A stretch of 64,000 nucleotides of DNA, taken from the NCBI GenBank assembly GCA_965216465.1, contig CBDCFW010000001.1, positions 256,001-320,000 on the forward strand, in the 5' to 3' direction. Both the position numbers and the translations under genes were made by a program. Shown here piece after piece: positions 9,741 through 18,472 of this stretch (the first letter of the stretch is position 1; each line of letters begins with the position of its first letter). Under the pieces are notes generated by a model, which did no database searches, was not told where the DNA came from, and was given only the letters and a program-made list of their open reading frames with translations. Source of the stretch: Bacteroidia bacterium. GTDB lineage: Bacteria; Bacteroidota; Bacteroidia; NS11-12g; UBA9320.

Positions 9741-10748
9741 CTAGTTTGAACTTTTCTTAACCAAATTACGCAACCAAGTTTTCACCTTGAGCGACCGTAA
9801 TGTTCGCAAGGTTGCAATGAACAAGGGGTACGGAAGCAACTTAAACATCTTCTTAACCCAAGGTTCTAAAACTTTAGAAGGGGTGTTTACTATACTACCA
9901 TCCCAAACCGTTTCACTCATCAGTTGAAGATATTCATTCTTCATTGGATGAAAATTTCCTTTGATCCATGGTCTATCAGTTAGGAACGGAACCAGATGGA
10001 CAAATACAGGATTCTTTTGGGCCTCTAAAAACGTGGCCTTATCGTAATAACTCGATATATTAAAGTAATCAAGTAAATGTTCATATTTCATGCATGCCAC
10101 AGGGGTCATGGCATTAAATTTTGGGTGAATAATCTTCTTCTTTAAACAAACTCCATTAATTGTTCCTTGATCATGATAGGTTACCTTTCCTTCATATTTA
10201 GCAATAAAATCTAGCATTTGGCCTTCTAGATTATCTTCTCTCCATTGTTTCAAATTAATTACGAGCATTCCAGCATTTACGTAATCATCATCTGGTTTAA
10301 GGCCAACAGCTGTTTTATTAAATTCTGAAATCACATCTAGCACCCCCGCAATATCGTAGCCTTCAACATCTATATTCCAAAGTTCGAAGAGATCTCCATC
10401 AATATAGCTGTCACAATCCATATAAATCACCTTGTCAACCGACTGAGGCAGTAGTTTGGGAAGAAATAGTCTGTAATAAGTTGCGAGAGAACGAACATTC
10501 AGTTTTATGGTTTTCTCAAGATATTCATGAATTGCCTTGGTATCGATATAAATGATCTTTGAATCATACTTATCTCCAATGGCTGTAATTTCCGACCTAT
10601 TCTTTTCGGAAATATTCATGTCCATTACATAAATAGTTATCTCTGATCCATTTTCTTTCTGCTTTTGGTGATTGCTCTTCAGAATAGAATATATAGCTAC
10701 GCCTAAATAGGGGGCGTAATTGTTATCAGAGCTTAAAATTATATTCAT
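9741..10748 (-). CDS. GT8 glycosyltransferase
   Basis: DNNY, YYRLFLP, YMDCD (DxD), NAGML, HDQGTIN, RPW. Confidence 0.9.
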   Translation of the reverse strand: MNIILSSDNNYAPYLGVAIYSILKSNHQKQKENGSEITIYVMDMNISEKNRSEITAIGDKYDSKIIYIDTKAIHEYLEKTIKLNVRSLATYYRLFLPKLLPQSVDKVIYMDCDSYIDGDLFELWNIDVEGYDIAGVLDVISEFNKTAVGLKPDDDYVNAGMLVINLKQWREDNLEGQMLDFIAKYEGKVTYHDQGTINGVCLKKKIIHPKFNAMTPVACMKYEHLLDYFNISSYYDKATFLEAQKNPVFVHLVPFLTDRPWIKGNFHPMKNEYLQLMSETVWDGSIVNTPSKVLEPWVKKMFKLLPYPLFIATLRTLRSLKVKTWLRNLVKKSSN

Positions 10749-10769
10749 TTAATATTTGTAGTTTCTGAA

Positions 10770-11576
10770 TTATTTTTCTTTTGAGGATAAATTGAATTTT
10801 CTTAAAATTTTAAGATACAACCTATAAGCCTTTCTTAAGGGCAGAGACCAATTAATGATTTGATATTCAACCTTATACCTTTGGTACGATTTAGGCTTCC
10901 GTGCTGCATTCTTGTAGTGAAGAATAAGGCCGTCTGTAAGGCTAACATCGTTATACTTTGCAGGATTAAGAAATTTGGTTTCAGCTCCTTTTATTGAAAC
11001 AGACTGGTCAACAAGATCATATAAATCTTTACCATCGTAAGTAAGTAAGTTACTTAAAGCTAACTGGTCAGATGTATTCGGCTTTTTAGCTTCTTCAATC
11101 CAGAGATTAACAAAATCCTTTACACGTTTGTTGTTATTAAAGTACAAAATCCCCGAGTTGATATGTCCATTTTTATACAACTCAGCATAACGCTCTGTTT
11201 CATGTCTTGGAGTGAACGCTAAATCGTGTTGAATAAAGGATAAGTCTTCCTTATCAATCTTTCGCTTAAAGAGCATATCTGCGTCCAAAAAGAGAGCCGC
11301 TTGGTTGTTGGTGCTTAAAAAGTGGGCAACACATAAGGGTTTGTGAACAGCTTTAATAAATCCATCCGTTGTATATCCTGAAAAGGAATCTTCAACATCA
11401 ATTTTAACAATTTTACTCTTGAGTTTTTTCCGCTGACTTTTAAGAAGGCCTAAGTCGTAAATAACTGGGTATTCTCCAAATTGTTTAAATATATTTCGTT
11501 CGAACCTCCAAAGAAACTTAAAGTAGTTTTTGTCACCACTGGTAACAACCGATAGATTCATCGAGGGATTATGCAC
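10770..11576 (-). CDS. Putative nucleotide-diphospho-sugar transferase (GT-A fold); alternative start 11561
   Basis: YDLGL, KP..., FLDAD (DxD), INSGIL, SDQLAL, ILHY motifs; located among GT genes. Confidence 0.65.
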   Translation of the reverse strand: MHNPSMNLSVVTSGDKNYFKFLWRFERNIFKQFGEYPVIYDLGLLKSQRKKLKSKIVKIDVEDSFSGYTTDGFIKAVHKPLCVAHFLSTNNQAALFLDADMLFKRKIDKEDLSFIQHDLAFTPRHETERYAELYKNGHINSGILYFNNNKRVKDFVNLWIEEAKKPNTSDQLALSNLLTYDGKDLYDLVDQSVSIKGAETKFLNPAKYNDVSLTDGLILHYKNAARKPKSYQRYKVEYQIINWSLPLRKAYRLYLKILRKFNLSSKEK

Positions 11577-12534
11577 GTTGTTTTGAACTAAATTCCTTGT
11601 GGTATTTGTAAAGCGAATTGTATAATCTCTTGTCTCCCATCTCGACGAAAAAATACCATACCCTTCTTACAGCCTTAGACAATATATTGTACTTCAATAC
11701 ATTTTTATAGAACTTGAAGTAGCGGTACTTAATATGAAAAAACACTTTTTCAAGCAAGGAATAGTGTGGATAGAACAAATCGTGAATCAAGTCTCTGAAC
11801 AAAATGCTAAAGTTTCTAATTTCAGAGTTTTGCTCATCTTTTTTGTTTGTGATTGAGTGGGTGTTTAATCTGTAGTTTACTGTTTTCTTTTGCAAGTAAT
11901 GAAACTTGTTTCCGGCAAGCAACCAATCGTAGTAAGCTGGTCGATCTTCAACAAACCTGTAAGCCTCATTGTATCCTCCATGTTCAACAAAGGCTGACCT
12001 CTTGTAAAAGGTAGTAGGCCCATGAATTATAACATGACGAATAATCGCTTTAAGTTGATACTCGTTATCCATTTCAGAAAACAAGATGGCCCTTCTATTA
12101 TTTTCTAAGTCTGGGTCAACTAAATTTTCTGGAGTGATATAATCTCTATACGTGTTAAAGTTTGAAAAGCAAAACGTTATCGACTCGTCTGTAGAAACAA
12201 AATCAAGGAAGTTTTCGATGCAGTCGTGCTCAAGCGTATCATCACCAGCAATAAGCTTCACCCAATCACCTTTTGCCTTAGCCAAGCCTTGATTGCAGTT
12301 TTTAGGAATTCCTTGGTTTTGGGGTGATGTTACTAAGGTTGCTCTTACAAACCTATTTGAATTGCTTGCTATCCATTTCTCGCATGCAGACACCGTTTGA
12401 TCTTTAGAACAATCGTCGCTAATAATTAGCTCAATATTGCTATAAGACTGCGCTTTAATGCTGTTTAAAGTTTCAATAACATACTGCTCAGAATGGTATG
12501 TAATTACAACAATGGAGACTAGAGGATTATTCAT
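11569..12534 (-). CDS. GT2 glycosyltransferase
   Basis: VSIVVITY, SDDCSKD, IAGDD, VED motifs. Confidence 0.9.
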   Translation of the reverse strand: MNNPLVSIVVITYHSEQYVIETLNSIKAQSYSNIELIISDDCSKDQTVSACEKWIASNSNRFVRATLVTSPQNQGIPKNCNQGLAKAKGDWVKLIAGDDTLEHDCIENFLDFVSTDESITFCFSNFNTYRDYITPENLVDPDLENNRRAILFSEMDNEYQLKAIIRHVIIHGPTTFYKRSAFVEHGGYNEAYRFVEDRPAYYDWLLAGNKFHYLQKKTVNYRLNTHSITNKKDEQNSEIRNFSILFRDLIHDLFYPHYSLLEKVFFHIKYRYFKFYKNVLKYNILSKAVRRVWYFFVEMGDKRLYNSLYKYHKEFSSKQRA

Positions 12535-12558
12535 CCTAATTAATTTAAAACTGAGTTC

Positions 12559-14040
12559 TTACCGCTTTATTCGCCCTTTAAACTTCACCAAAATTTCTTT
12601 AATGGGAATAATTTGATTAAACCTGTTCAACGAAAATGTCAAAAGAATAATGTAAACAGCTCCTCCTACATAATATTTAAGATTTACCGGTAAGGTCATC
12701 ATTAAAACAAAAATTATAGCAAGCAATGCAAACAGCATTAGTGATGTACTGATCATTTTAGTTGAATACGAAAAAGCTATCACTCTTTTAACTAGTATGA
12801 AGTTAATCGAGTAGTTTATCACATAAGCCAGTAAAAAAGCAACTCCAATAGCTTCAAGACCCAGTTTAGGAAGAAGAATTATGGTTGTACCTACGTAAGT
12901 AATATTCCAAACCGCCTGATTTAAAACAAAGTATGTTCCCTTCGCTTTGCTTAAGATTACGAATCCTTTGGGCCAGCTAATTAGCCGAATACTTACTCCC
13001 AACAACATCCAAATTAACAGATTTACAGCTTCCAAGAACTCGGCTGAATAAAACAACAGAATAATCACCTTTGAAAATAACATCATCAGAGCTACCAAAG
13101 GAATTCCTAACAAGATGGTGACCATTGATTGTTCATTCACCAATTGTGTCATTTTATTGTGGTCATTATTGACTTCACTGAGTCTTGGAAAATAATCGGT
13201 ACCCAGCGTTGAGAGCAGTATATCTAAATAATAAACAGATAAGGTTGATGCCACCGAGAATAACCCGACCATTTCAACTCCAGAATAGTTATTTAGGTAA
13301 ATACGCAGGTAGTATGCCATTACCGTAGTTATCAATCCTGCAACTACAGTAAAGAAACCCAGTTTAATCATCCCCTTTCCATGCTGAATACTATCTTTAA
13401 TCGGAAGAGTAATTTTCTCAAATTTGACCTTTCTAGAGTAAAAGAAAGACAAAATGAGATTGACAAATGCCGTGAGTATTAAAACAGGTACAATTCCCTT
13501 TATTTCATAGAAGTAATAAATCGGCACAGTAACCAGCAATCCCAGCACAGAACCTAAAATATTAGCTTTTGCAAGGTCTTTAATTCTTCTATAACCTCTG
13601 ATCAACGCCATCTGGCCTCCGCTGAGGGCAGTGAATAAAATACTTATTGAAAGTAAGATAAAATCTAATCTGTGTTCGTTATCTCCAAATGTCCATTCAC
13701 TCAGTTGAGAGCTAAGCACTACCACAAGTACTACACCAAACAAACCAGTAAACCAGACCCATCTTCGCAACGTAACAATGGTTTTAGAGATTCTTTTCTG
13801 ATCGTTAGACCCAACAGCTTCTGCAATATCCTTTACCGAGCTAAAACCTAACCCGAGGTGAGCAAAATTTTGGATCATAGTAATAGCCGAAGTAAAAAGA
13901 CTAATAATTCCTACACCAGTAGATCCCAAAAGGATGGCAACTACCTTAGTTCGAATTATACCAATTCCAATTGTAAAAACCTTTGAACCGCCAATAATAC
14001 CGGTAGATTTAACAATGCTCTTATAGCTCGTGTTTTTCAC
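12559..14040 (-). CDS. wzx: O-antigen/polysaccharide flippase
   Basis: 12-14 TM segments, DYFPRLS motif typical of Bacteroidota O-antigen translocases. Confidence 0.88.
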   Translation of the reverse strand: MKNTSYKSIVKSTGIIGGSKVFTIGIGIIRTKVVAILLGSTGVGIISLFTSAITMIQNFAHLGLGFSSVKDIAEAVGSNDQKRISKTIVTLRRWVWFTGLFGVVLVVVLSSQLSEWTFGDNEHRLDFILLSISILFTALSGGQMALIRGYRRIKDLAKANILGSVLGLLVTVPIYYFYEIKGIVPVLILTAFVNLILSFFYSRKVKFEKITLPIKDSIQHGKGMIKLGFFTVVAGLITTVMAYYLRIYLNNYSGVEMVGLFSVASTLSVYYLDILLSTLGTDYFPRLSEVNNDHNKMTQLVNEQSMVTILLGIPLVALMMLFSKVIILLFYSAEFLEAVNLLIWMLLGVSIRLISWPKGFVILSKAKGTYFVLNQAVWNITYVGTTIILLPKLGLEAIGVAFLLAYVINYSINFILVKRVIAFSYSTKMISTSLMLFALLAIIFVLMMTLPVNLKYYVGGAVYIILLTFSLNRFNQIIPIKEILVKFKGRIKR

Positions 14041-14063
14041 TAAGAATTAGTATATCTAGATTT

Positions 14064-14966
14064 TTATTCGAAATCTTTCCAAGGAGTAAAATCCATCTGC
14101 GTCAATTCTTTCAATTGAGCAACGTCTTGTTCATAGAGATTTTTAAGCCAGGCTCGATCAGTTTCGCTAAGCCCTGAATTCGTTTCAACTCGAAACTTAG
14201 AATTAAGTGCTTTCATCATGCCCCACTTAAATTCTTTTAGCTTGGTGACCATTTTGGGGCTAAGAATCTTCTCCAGTCCTTTAAACGCAGTTGAGTAGTT
14301 AAATACTTTGTTTATGCGGTGATACAATACGGCGTTGCTGTAGTTTACTGTTGAATTTGTTTTAACAGTATCAATAGATTCTAGACTAGAGAGTCCTAAG
14401 AAATTGAAGCATTTATTGACCTCTTTAAGTGGGTCTTTTTTTAGGTCTTCGGTAAGAATTATGAGGATGTTTTCTGCACCAAAATTTTCATAATACTGTT
14501 TGATATACTTGGCATACAAACCGTATTGGTAGTAAAACCTAAATCCATATTCAAACCGGACTGTATAATCGGGTTGGTCATCCTTGTCTTTAAGAATGGC
14601 AGTTCTAAAATCTAACTTTTCACCAACCAAACTATTTACCCAATTGTAATGGGAAAATATGCGCTCGATTGGGTTTCGAAGTACAAAAATGAATTTGGGA
14701 TTTTCGATATCAGATTTTATTCGTTCAACTACGTTGTCGAACACCATGTAGCCGGTTGAAGATTCGCCTCTGTACTTGGCGTCTTTCCCTGGTTGAAAGT
14801 AGCCGTAATATTCATCTTTCTCTTCGTTATAGCGTTGGTCATGAGAAAAAAAGTGAGGCTCTTTATTCTCCGACATATAAATATCTGGATGCATGTTAAG
14901 ATAGACATGCAATGAACTGGTGCCTGATTTCGCGGCTCCAGGAACAAACAAATTGGGTTTAGTCAT
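14064..14966 (-). CDS. PAPS-dependent sulfotransferase
   Basis: 5'-PSB loop [20 protein letters not shown], 3'-PB motif [12 protein letters not shown]. Confidence 0.9.
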   Translation of the reverse strand: MTKPNLFVPGAAKSGTSSLHVYLNMHPDIYMSENKEPHFFSHDQRYNEEKDEYYGYFQPGKDAKYRGESSTGYMVFDNVVERIKSDIENPKFIFVLRNPIERIFSHYNWVNSLVGEKLDFRTAILKDKDDQPDYTVRFEYGFRFYYQYGLYAKYIKQYYENFGAENILIILTEDLKKDPLKEVNKCFNFLGLSSLESIDTVKTNSTVNYSNAVLYHRINKVFNYSTAFKGLEKILSPKMVTKLKEFKWGMMKALNSKFRVETNSGLSETDRAWLKNLYEQDVAQLKELTQMDFTPWKDFE

Positions 14967-16062
14967 ATTTATTGCAAGCCTCTACAATTGCTTGCATTTC
15001 AGTATTAGACAATACTCCACTTATCGGTAAGCTTAACACTTCTTTATGAACTTTCTCAGTTATCGGAAAACTCAGGTCATTCCACTTAGAATAAGCCTCC
15101 TGCTTGTGTGGCGGTATGGGGTAGTGAATTAAGGTTTGTACTCCTTCTTGCTTCAAAAACTCTTGAAATTTTTCTCTATTTTGAGTTCGTGTTACAAAGA
15201 GATGCCAAACATGCTCTTCTACATTGCCAGGCATTTGCGGTAGTACGATCTTGCTATTTTTAATATTTTTTGTGAAGAAGTCTGCAACTTCTCTGCGACG
15301 TCTAAAGTCTTCTTTAATGTGTCGAAGTTTTACACTTAGAAAAGCGGCTTGTATCTCATCCATTCGAGAGTTCAAGCCTTGATATTTATTAACGTACTTC
15401 TGAGTTGAACCATAATTGGCCAAAGCCCTTACCGTTTTGTTTAGCTCTTCATCTTTGCAAGTTACTGCTCCTGAATCGCCCAGTGCTCCAAGATTCTTTC
15501 CAGGATAAAAGCTAAATCCTGCAGCATCTCCAAGGTTTCCAGTCTTAATACCACCATATTCTGCTCCTATAGCTTGTGCATTATCTTCAATAATTTTGAG
15601 ATTATACTTTGAAGCTAGATCATTTAGTTTATCTGACCAACAAGTTCTTCCATAAAGATGGACGACCATAATCGCTTTAGTTTTGCTGGTAATCTGCTTC
15701 TCAATCTTGTCTATATCTAAATTATACGTATCTAAATCTGGCTCAACCAGCACTGGAACTAGGTTGTTATTGGAAATGGCTAAGATTGAGGCTATGTAGG
15801 TATTTGCAGGCACGATTACCTCATCGCCTGGTTTCATCTGACCTAGCTCTACGTAGGCATTAAAAATTAATCTAAGTGCATCCAAGCCATTTGCAACAGC
15901 TGTTGTATAGGGAGCCCCGATAAACTCTCTTAATTCGTTTTCAAAATTTTCTACCTCCTTACCGAGTAGATACCAACCTGAATCTATAACTCTACTAGCG
16001 GCTTCTTTAAGATCTGCTTCGTGTTGAGCGTTAATCTTTTGAATATCAAGAAATTTAATCAT
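14959..16062 (-). CDS. DegT/DnrJ PLP aminotransferase, FdtB/QdtB-like (dTDP-3-amino-3,6-dideoxyhexose)
   Basis: [35 protein letters not shown]; adjacent to FdtA-like cupins. Confidence 0.88.
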   Translation of the reverse strand: MIKFLDIQKINAQHEADLKEAASRVIDSGWYLLGKEVENFENELREFIGAPYTTAVANGLDALRLIFNAYVELGQMKPGDEVIVPANTYIASILAISNNNLVPVLVEPDLDTYNLDIDKIEKQITSKTKAIMVVHLYGRTCWSDKLNDLASKYNLKIIEDNAQAIGAEYGGIKTGNLGDAAGFSFYPGKNLGALGDSGAVTCKDEELNKTVRALANYGSTQKYVNKYQGLNSRMDEIQAAFLSVKLRHIKEDFRRRREVADFFTKNIKNSKIVLPQMPGNVEEHVWHLFVTRTQNREKFQEFLKQEGVQTLIHYPIPPHKQEAYSKWNDLSFPITEKVHKEVLSLPISGVLSNTEMQAIVEACNKYD

Positions 16063-16613
16063 GGTATTAGTTTCAGTTCCCCATCACTAAATTCATAGAT
16101 GTTACCTGAATTTTTGTGATGAAGATTTAGATCTAAAATGTCTCCTTTTTGGGTAACATACCCCACTTTTTTAGCTGGATTTCCTCTCCACAGTTCATAA
16201 TCTCCCACAGATTTAGTAACCACAGATCCCGCTCCAATTAATGCATACTTGCCAATCGTATTTCCTCCCAATATGGTTGCGTTCGCTCCTATTGACGCTC
16301 CTTCTTTAACTAGAGTTTTTAAGAATGTATCAGGATACTGTTTTGAACGCGGCGAAAAATCGTTGGTAAAGGTAGCGTTAGGGCCAATAAACACATTGCT
16401 TTCCAAGGTAATCCCATCCCATATTTGAACACCAGGTTTTATGGTAACGTTGTCTCCGATTACAACATCATTCTCAATAAAAACATTCATATTGATGTTA
16501 CAATTCTTACCAACAATAGCGTTAGCTAAAATCACAACAAATTGCCATACTGTGGTTCCTTCGCCAATGTGTTGAGATTGTACATCCGCGCTTGAATGAA
16601 ATTTATTCGCCAT
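16059..16613 (-). CDS. Hexapeptide-repeat N-acyltransferase (QdtC/WxcM-like)
   Basis: Left-handed beta-helix repeats; [22 protein letters not shown]. Confidence 0.85.
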   Translation of the reverse strand: MANKFHSSADVQSQHIGEGTTVWQFVVILANAIVGKNCNINMNVFIENDVVIGDNVTIKPGVQIWDGITLESNVFIGPNATFTNDFSPRSKQYPDTFLKTLVKEGASIGANATILGGNTIGKYALIGAGSVVTKSVGDYELWRGNPAKKVGYVTQKGDILDLNLHHKNSGNIYEFSDGELKLIP

Positions 16614-17025
16614 TTCTGCTTTTCAAATATTCGTTATAATCTCTGATGTAATCTTCTTCTTGATATTGATGAGAAGCCAAAACCAAACATATTGCACCTG
16701 ACGAGAACTCCTTTTCTGCTGCCCAAATTCCAGGAGGAATGTGTAATCCAAAGTAAGGTCTATTCAGATTAAACTCTTTTTTAGATACACCGTCTTCAAC
16801 CTCAACCATAAAACTTCCGCTTGCGGCAACCAACAATTGATGACACTCTTTGTGCGAATGTGCTCCTCTATCTTCTCCACCTGGGATGTCATAGATGTAG
16901 AAAATTCTTTTTACATCAAATGTGGAGATTCCGTTTTGAACAACAGTGATGTTACCTGCATCATTCTTGATTTTTGATAGGTCAATTATTTTGCAGCTAT
17001 CAACAGTATTCTTTCTATTTCCCAT
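16603..17025 (-). CDS. FdtA/QdtA-family sugar 3,4-ketoisomerase (cupin)
   Basis: KRIFYIYD, RGAHSH, DYIRDY motifs. Confidence 0.88.
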   Translation of the reverse strand: MGNRKNTVDSCKIIDLSKIKNDAGNITVVQNGISTFDVKRIFYIYDIPGGEDRGAHSHKECHQLLVAASGSFMVEVEDGVSKKEFNLNRPYFGLHIPPGIWAAEKEFSSGAICLVLASHQYQEEDYIRDYNEYLKSRNGE

Positions 17026-17422
17026 CTATAAGCTCCTTAAATTCTATAAAATCTCTGATGTAATCACCTTCATTATAAGGAATTGATGATACAATTAATG
17101 CTACTGCATTGGTAGAAAAGTTTTCTAAAGTTCTCCAAAGCATTTGAGGTACGTAAAGTCCATAATATGATCTATTTAGGCTGAATTTTTGTTCTTGCTT
17201 TCCGTCGTGCAACAAAACATCAAAGCTGCCCGAGAGAGCAATTATTACTTCTTGAGATTCTTTAAATGCATGGCTACCACGTACCTGCCCACCTGGAACA
17301 TCATAGATCCAATAGGCTCTTTTTATTTCAAATGGAAGTTGACTATTATTTTCAAAGAAACTCAGGTTTCCTCGTTTGTCTAGGATTTTGGGTAGTTCAA
17401 TAATTTTGGTTTCTTCCATCAA
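17015..17422 (-). CDS. FdtA/QdtA-family cupin (second copy)
   Basis: DKRGNL, KRAYWIYD, RGSHAF, DYIRDF motifs. Confidence 0.85.
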   Translation of the reverse strand: MMEETKIIELPKILDKRGNLSFFENNSQLPFEIKRAYWIYDVPGGQVRGSHAFKESQEVIIALSGSFDVLLHDGKQEQKFSLNRSYYGLYVPQMLWRTLENFSTNAVALIVSSIPYNEGDYIRDFIEFKELIDGK

Positions 17423-18468
17423 TTCAGCATCGGTTTGATTTCTTTCTGGTAGTATGAAAATCCTATTATGATAATAATTCCGGTTACTATTCCTATCATG
17501 AATAAAATTATACTACCCAAGAGTCTAAAATTATTCGCATTATGCAAAGGAAGGTAAGGTGAATCTATAGCCTGAAAGAAAGGGGTTTGGCTGTTCAATA
17601 AAAACTGTGCAGTTTCCTTATTTTTCAACACTTCGCTATACATCGTGCTATACATTTCAATATCTCTCATGCTACGAGCATAATCTATTCTGTCTTGAGT
17701 TAGTACCAATCCTCTATTAAAATCTGTAGACCTTGCAAATTGTAATTCACTTGCACTTAGTAAACTGTATATTGAGTCTGCCTTATTTTCTAATTGCTCG
17801 TAAGTTTCACGCTGACGTTCAATGCTTTTGTCGATATAAAACTTTGAAAGTTTTGCGTATAACGTTTCTACAATTGCAATACTTAGCTTAGGATTTTTTG
17901 TTTGTCCTGAGATTTTTAAGATTGAGCTTTCTCCACCGAAAGTAATTTTAACCAATCTTTTGGAGCTAGGATTTGAAAGGTCGCCCTTTAGCTTTGACTC
18001 TAATATTTTTCTAGCAACCCTTCCTTTTTTCGAGTTAAAGTTTGATTGTGTGAAGACAAAATCAAATAGGAATGTGTCTTTATTCCAATTCTTATGCAGA
18101 TTTTCAAGCCGAATAATGTGATTGGCAATGAAATCTGTAGTGTCTTCAATTTCAGCTTTCTCGAATAACACTTGATCAAGGATGAGGTTTGAAGTTCCAA
18201 TTTCAAGAATCTTCTGGTAGTTGTAGTTACCTCCACCCATGCCTCCAAGTCCGAACTGACCTAGAATTGAGGCCACACCACCTCCGCCACCTTCATCGTC
18301 ACTCACCATAAAAGTTTTATCGGCTATGTACAATGGTGGTTTGTTCAATGAAAGAAAAACAGAAACGACTGCAAAAATTAGCCCGACACTTAGAATGATA
18401 AACTTCCGTTTCCAAATCGCTTTACCGTACCAACTTAAGTCTTGAACTATTTCCTTGGTTGTAATCAT
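17419..18468 (-). CDS. Wzz-like chain-length determinant / polysaccharide co-polymerase
   Basis: Two terminal TM helices around a coiled-coil periplasmic region; IDSPYLP before TM2; no Walker A kinase domain. Confidence 0.75.
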   Translation of the reverse strand: MITTKEIVQDLSWYGKAIWKRKFIILSVGLIFAVVSVFLSLNKPPLYIADKTFMVSDDEGGGGGVASILGQFGLGGMGGGNYNYQKILEIGTSNLILDQVLFEKAEIEDTTDFIANHIIRLENLHKNWNKDTFLFDFVFTQSNFNSKKGRVARKILESKLKGDLSNPSSKRLVKITFGGESSILKISGQTKNPKLSIAIVETLYAKLSKFYIDKSIERQRETYEQLENKADSIYSLLSASELQFARSTDFNRGLVLTQDRIDYARSMRDIEMYSTMYSEVLKNKETAQFLLNSQTPFFQAIDSPYLPLHNANNFRLLGSIILFMIGIVTGIIIIIGFSYYQKEIKPMLN

Positions 18469-18472
18469 TGTT

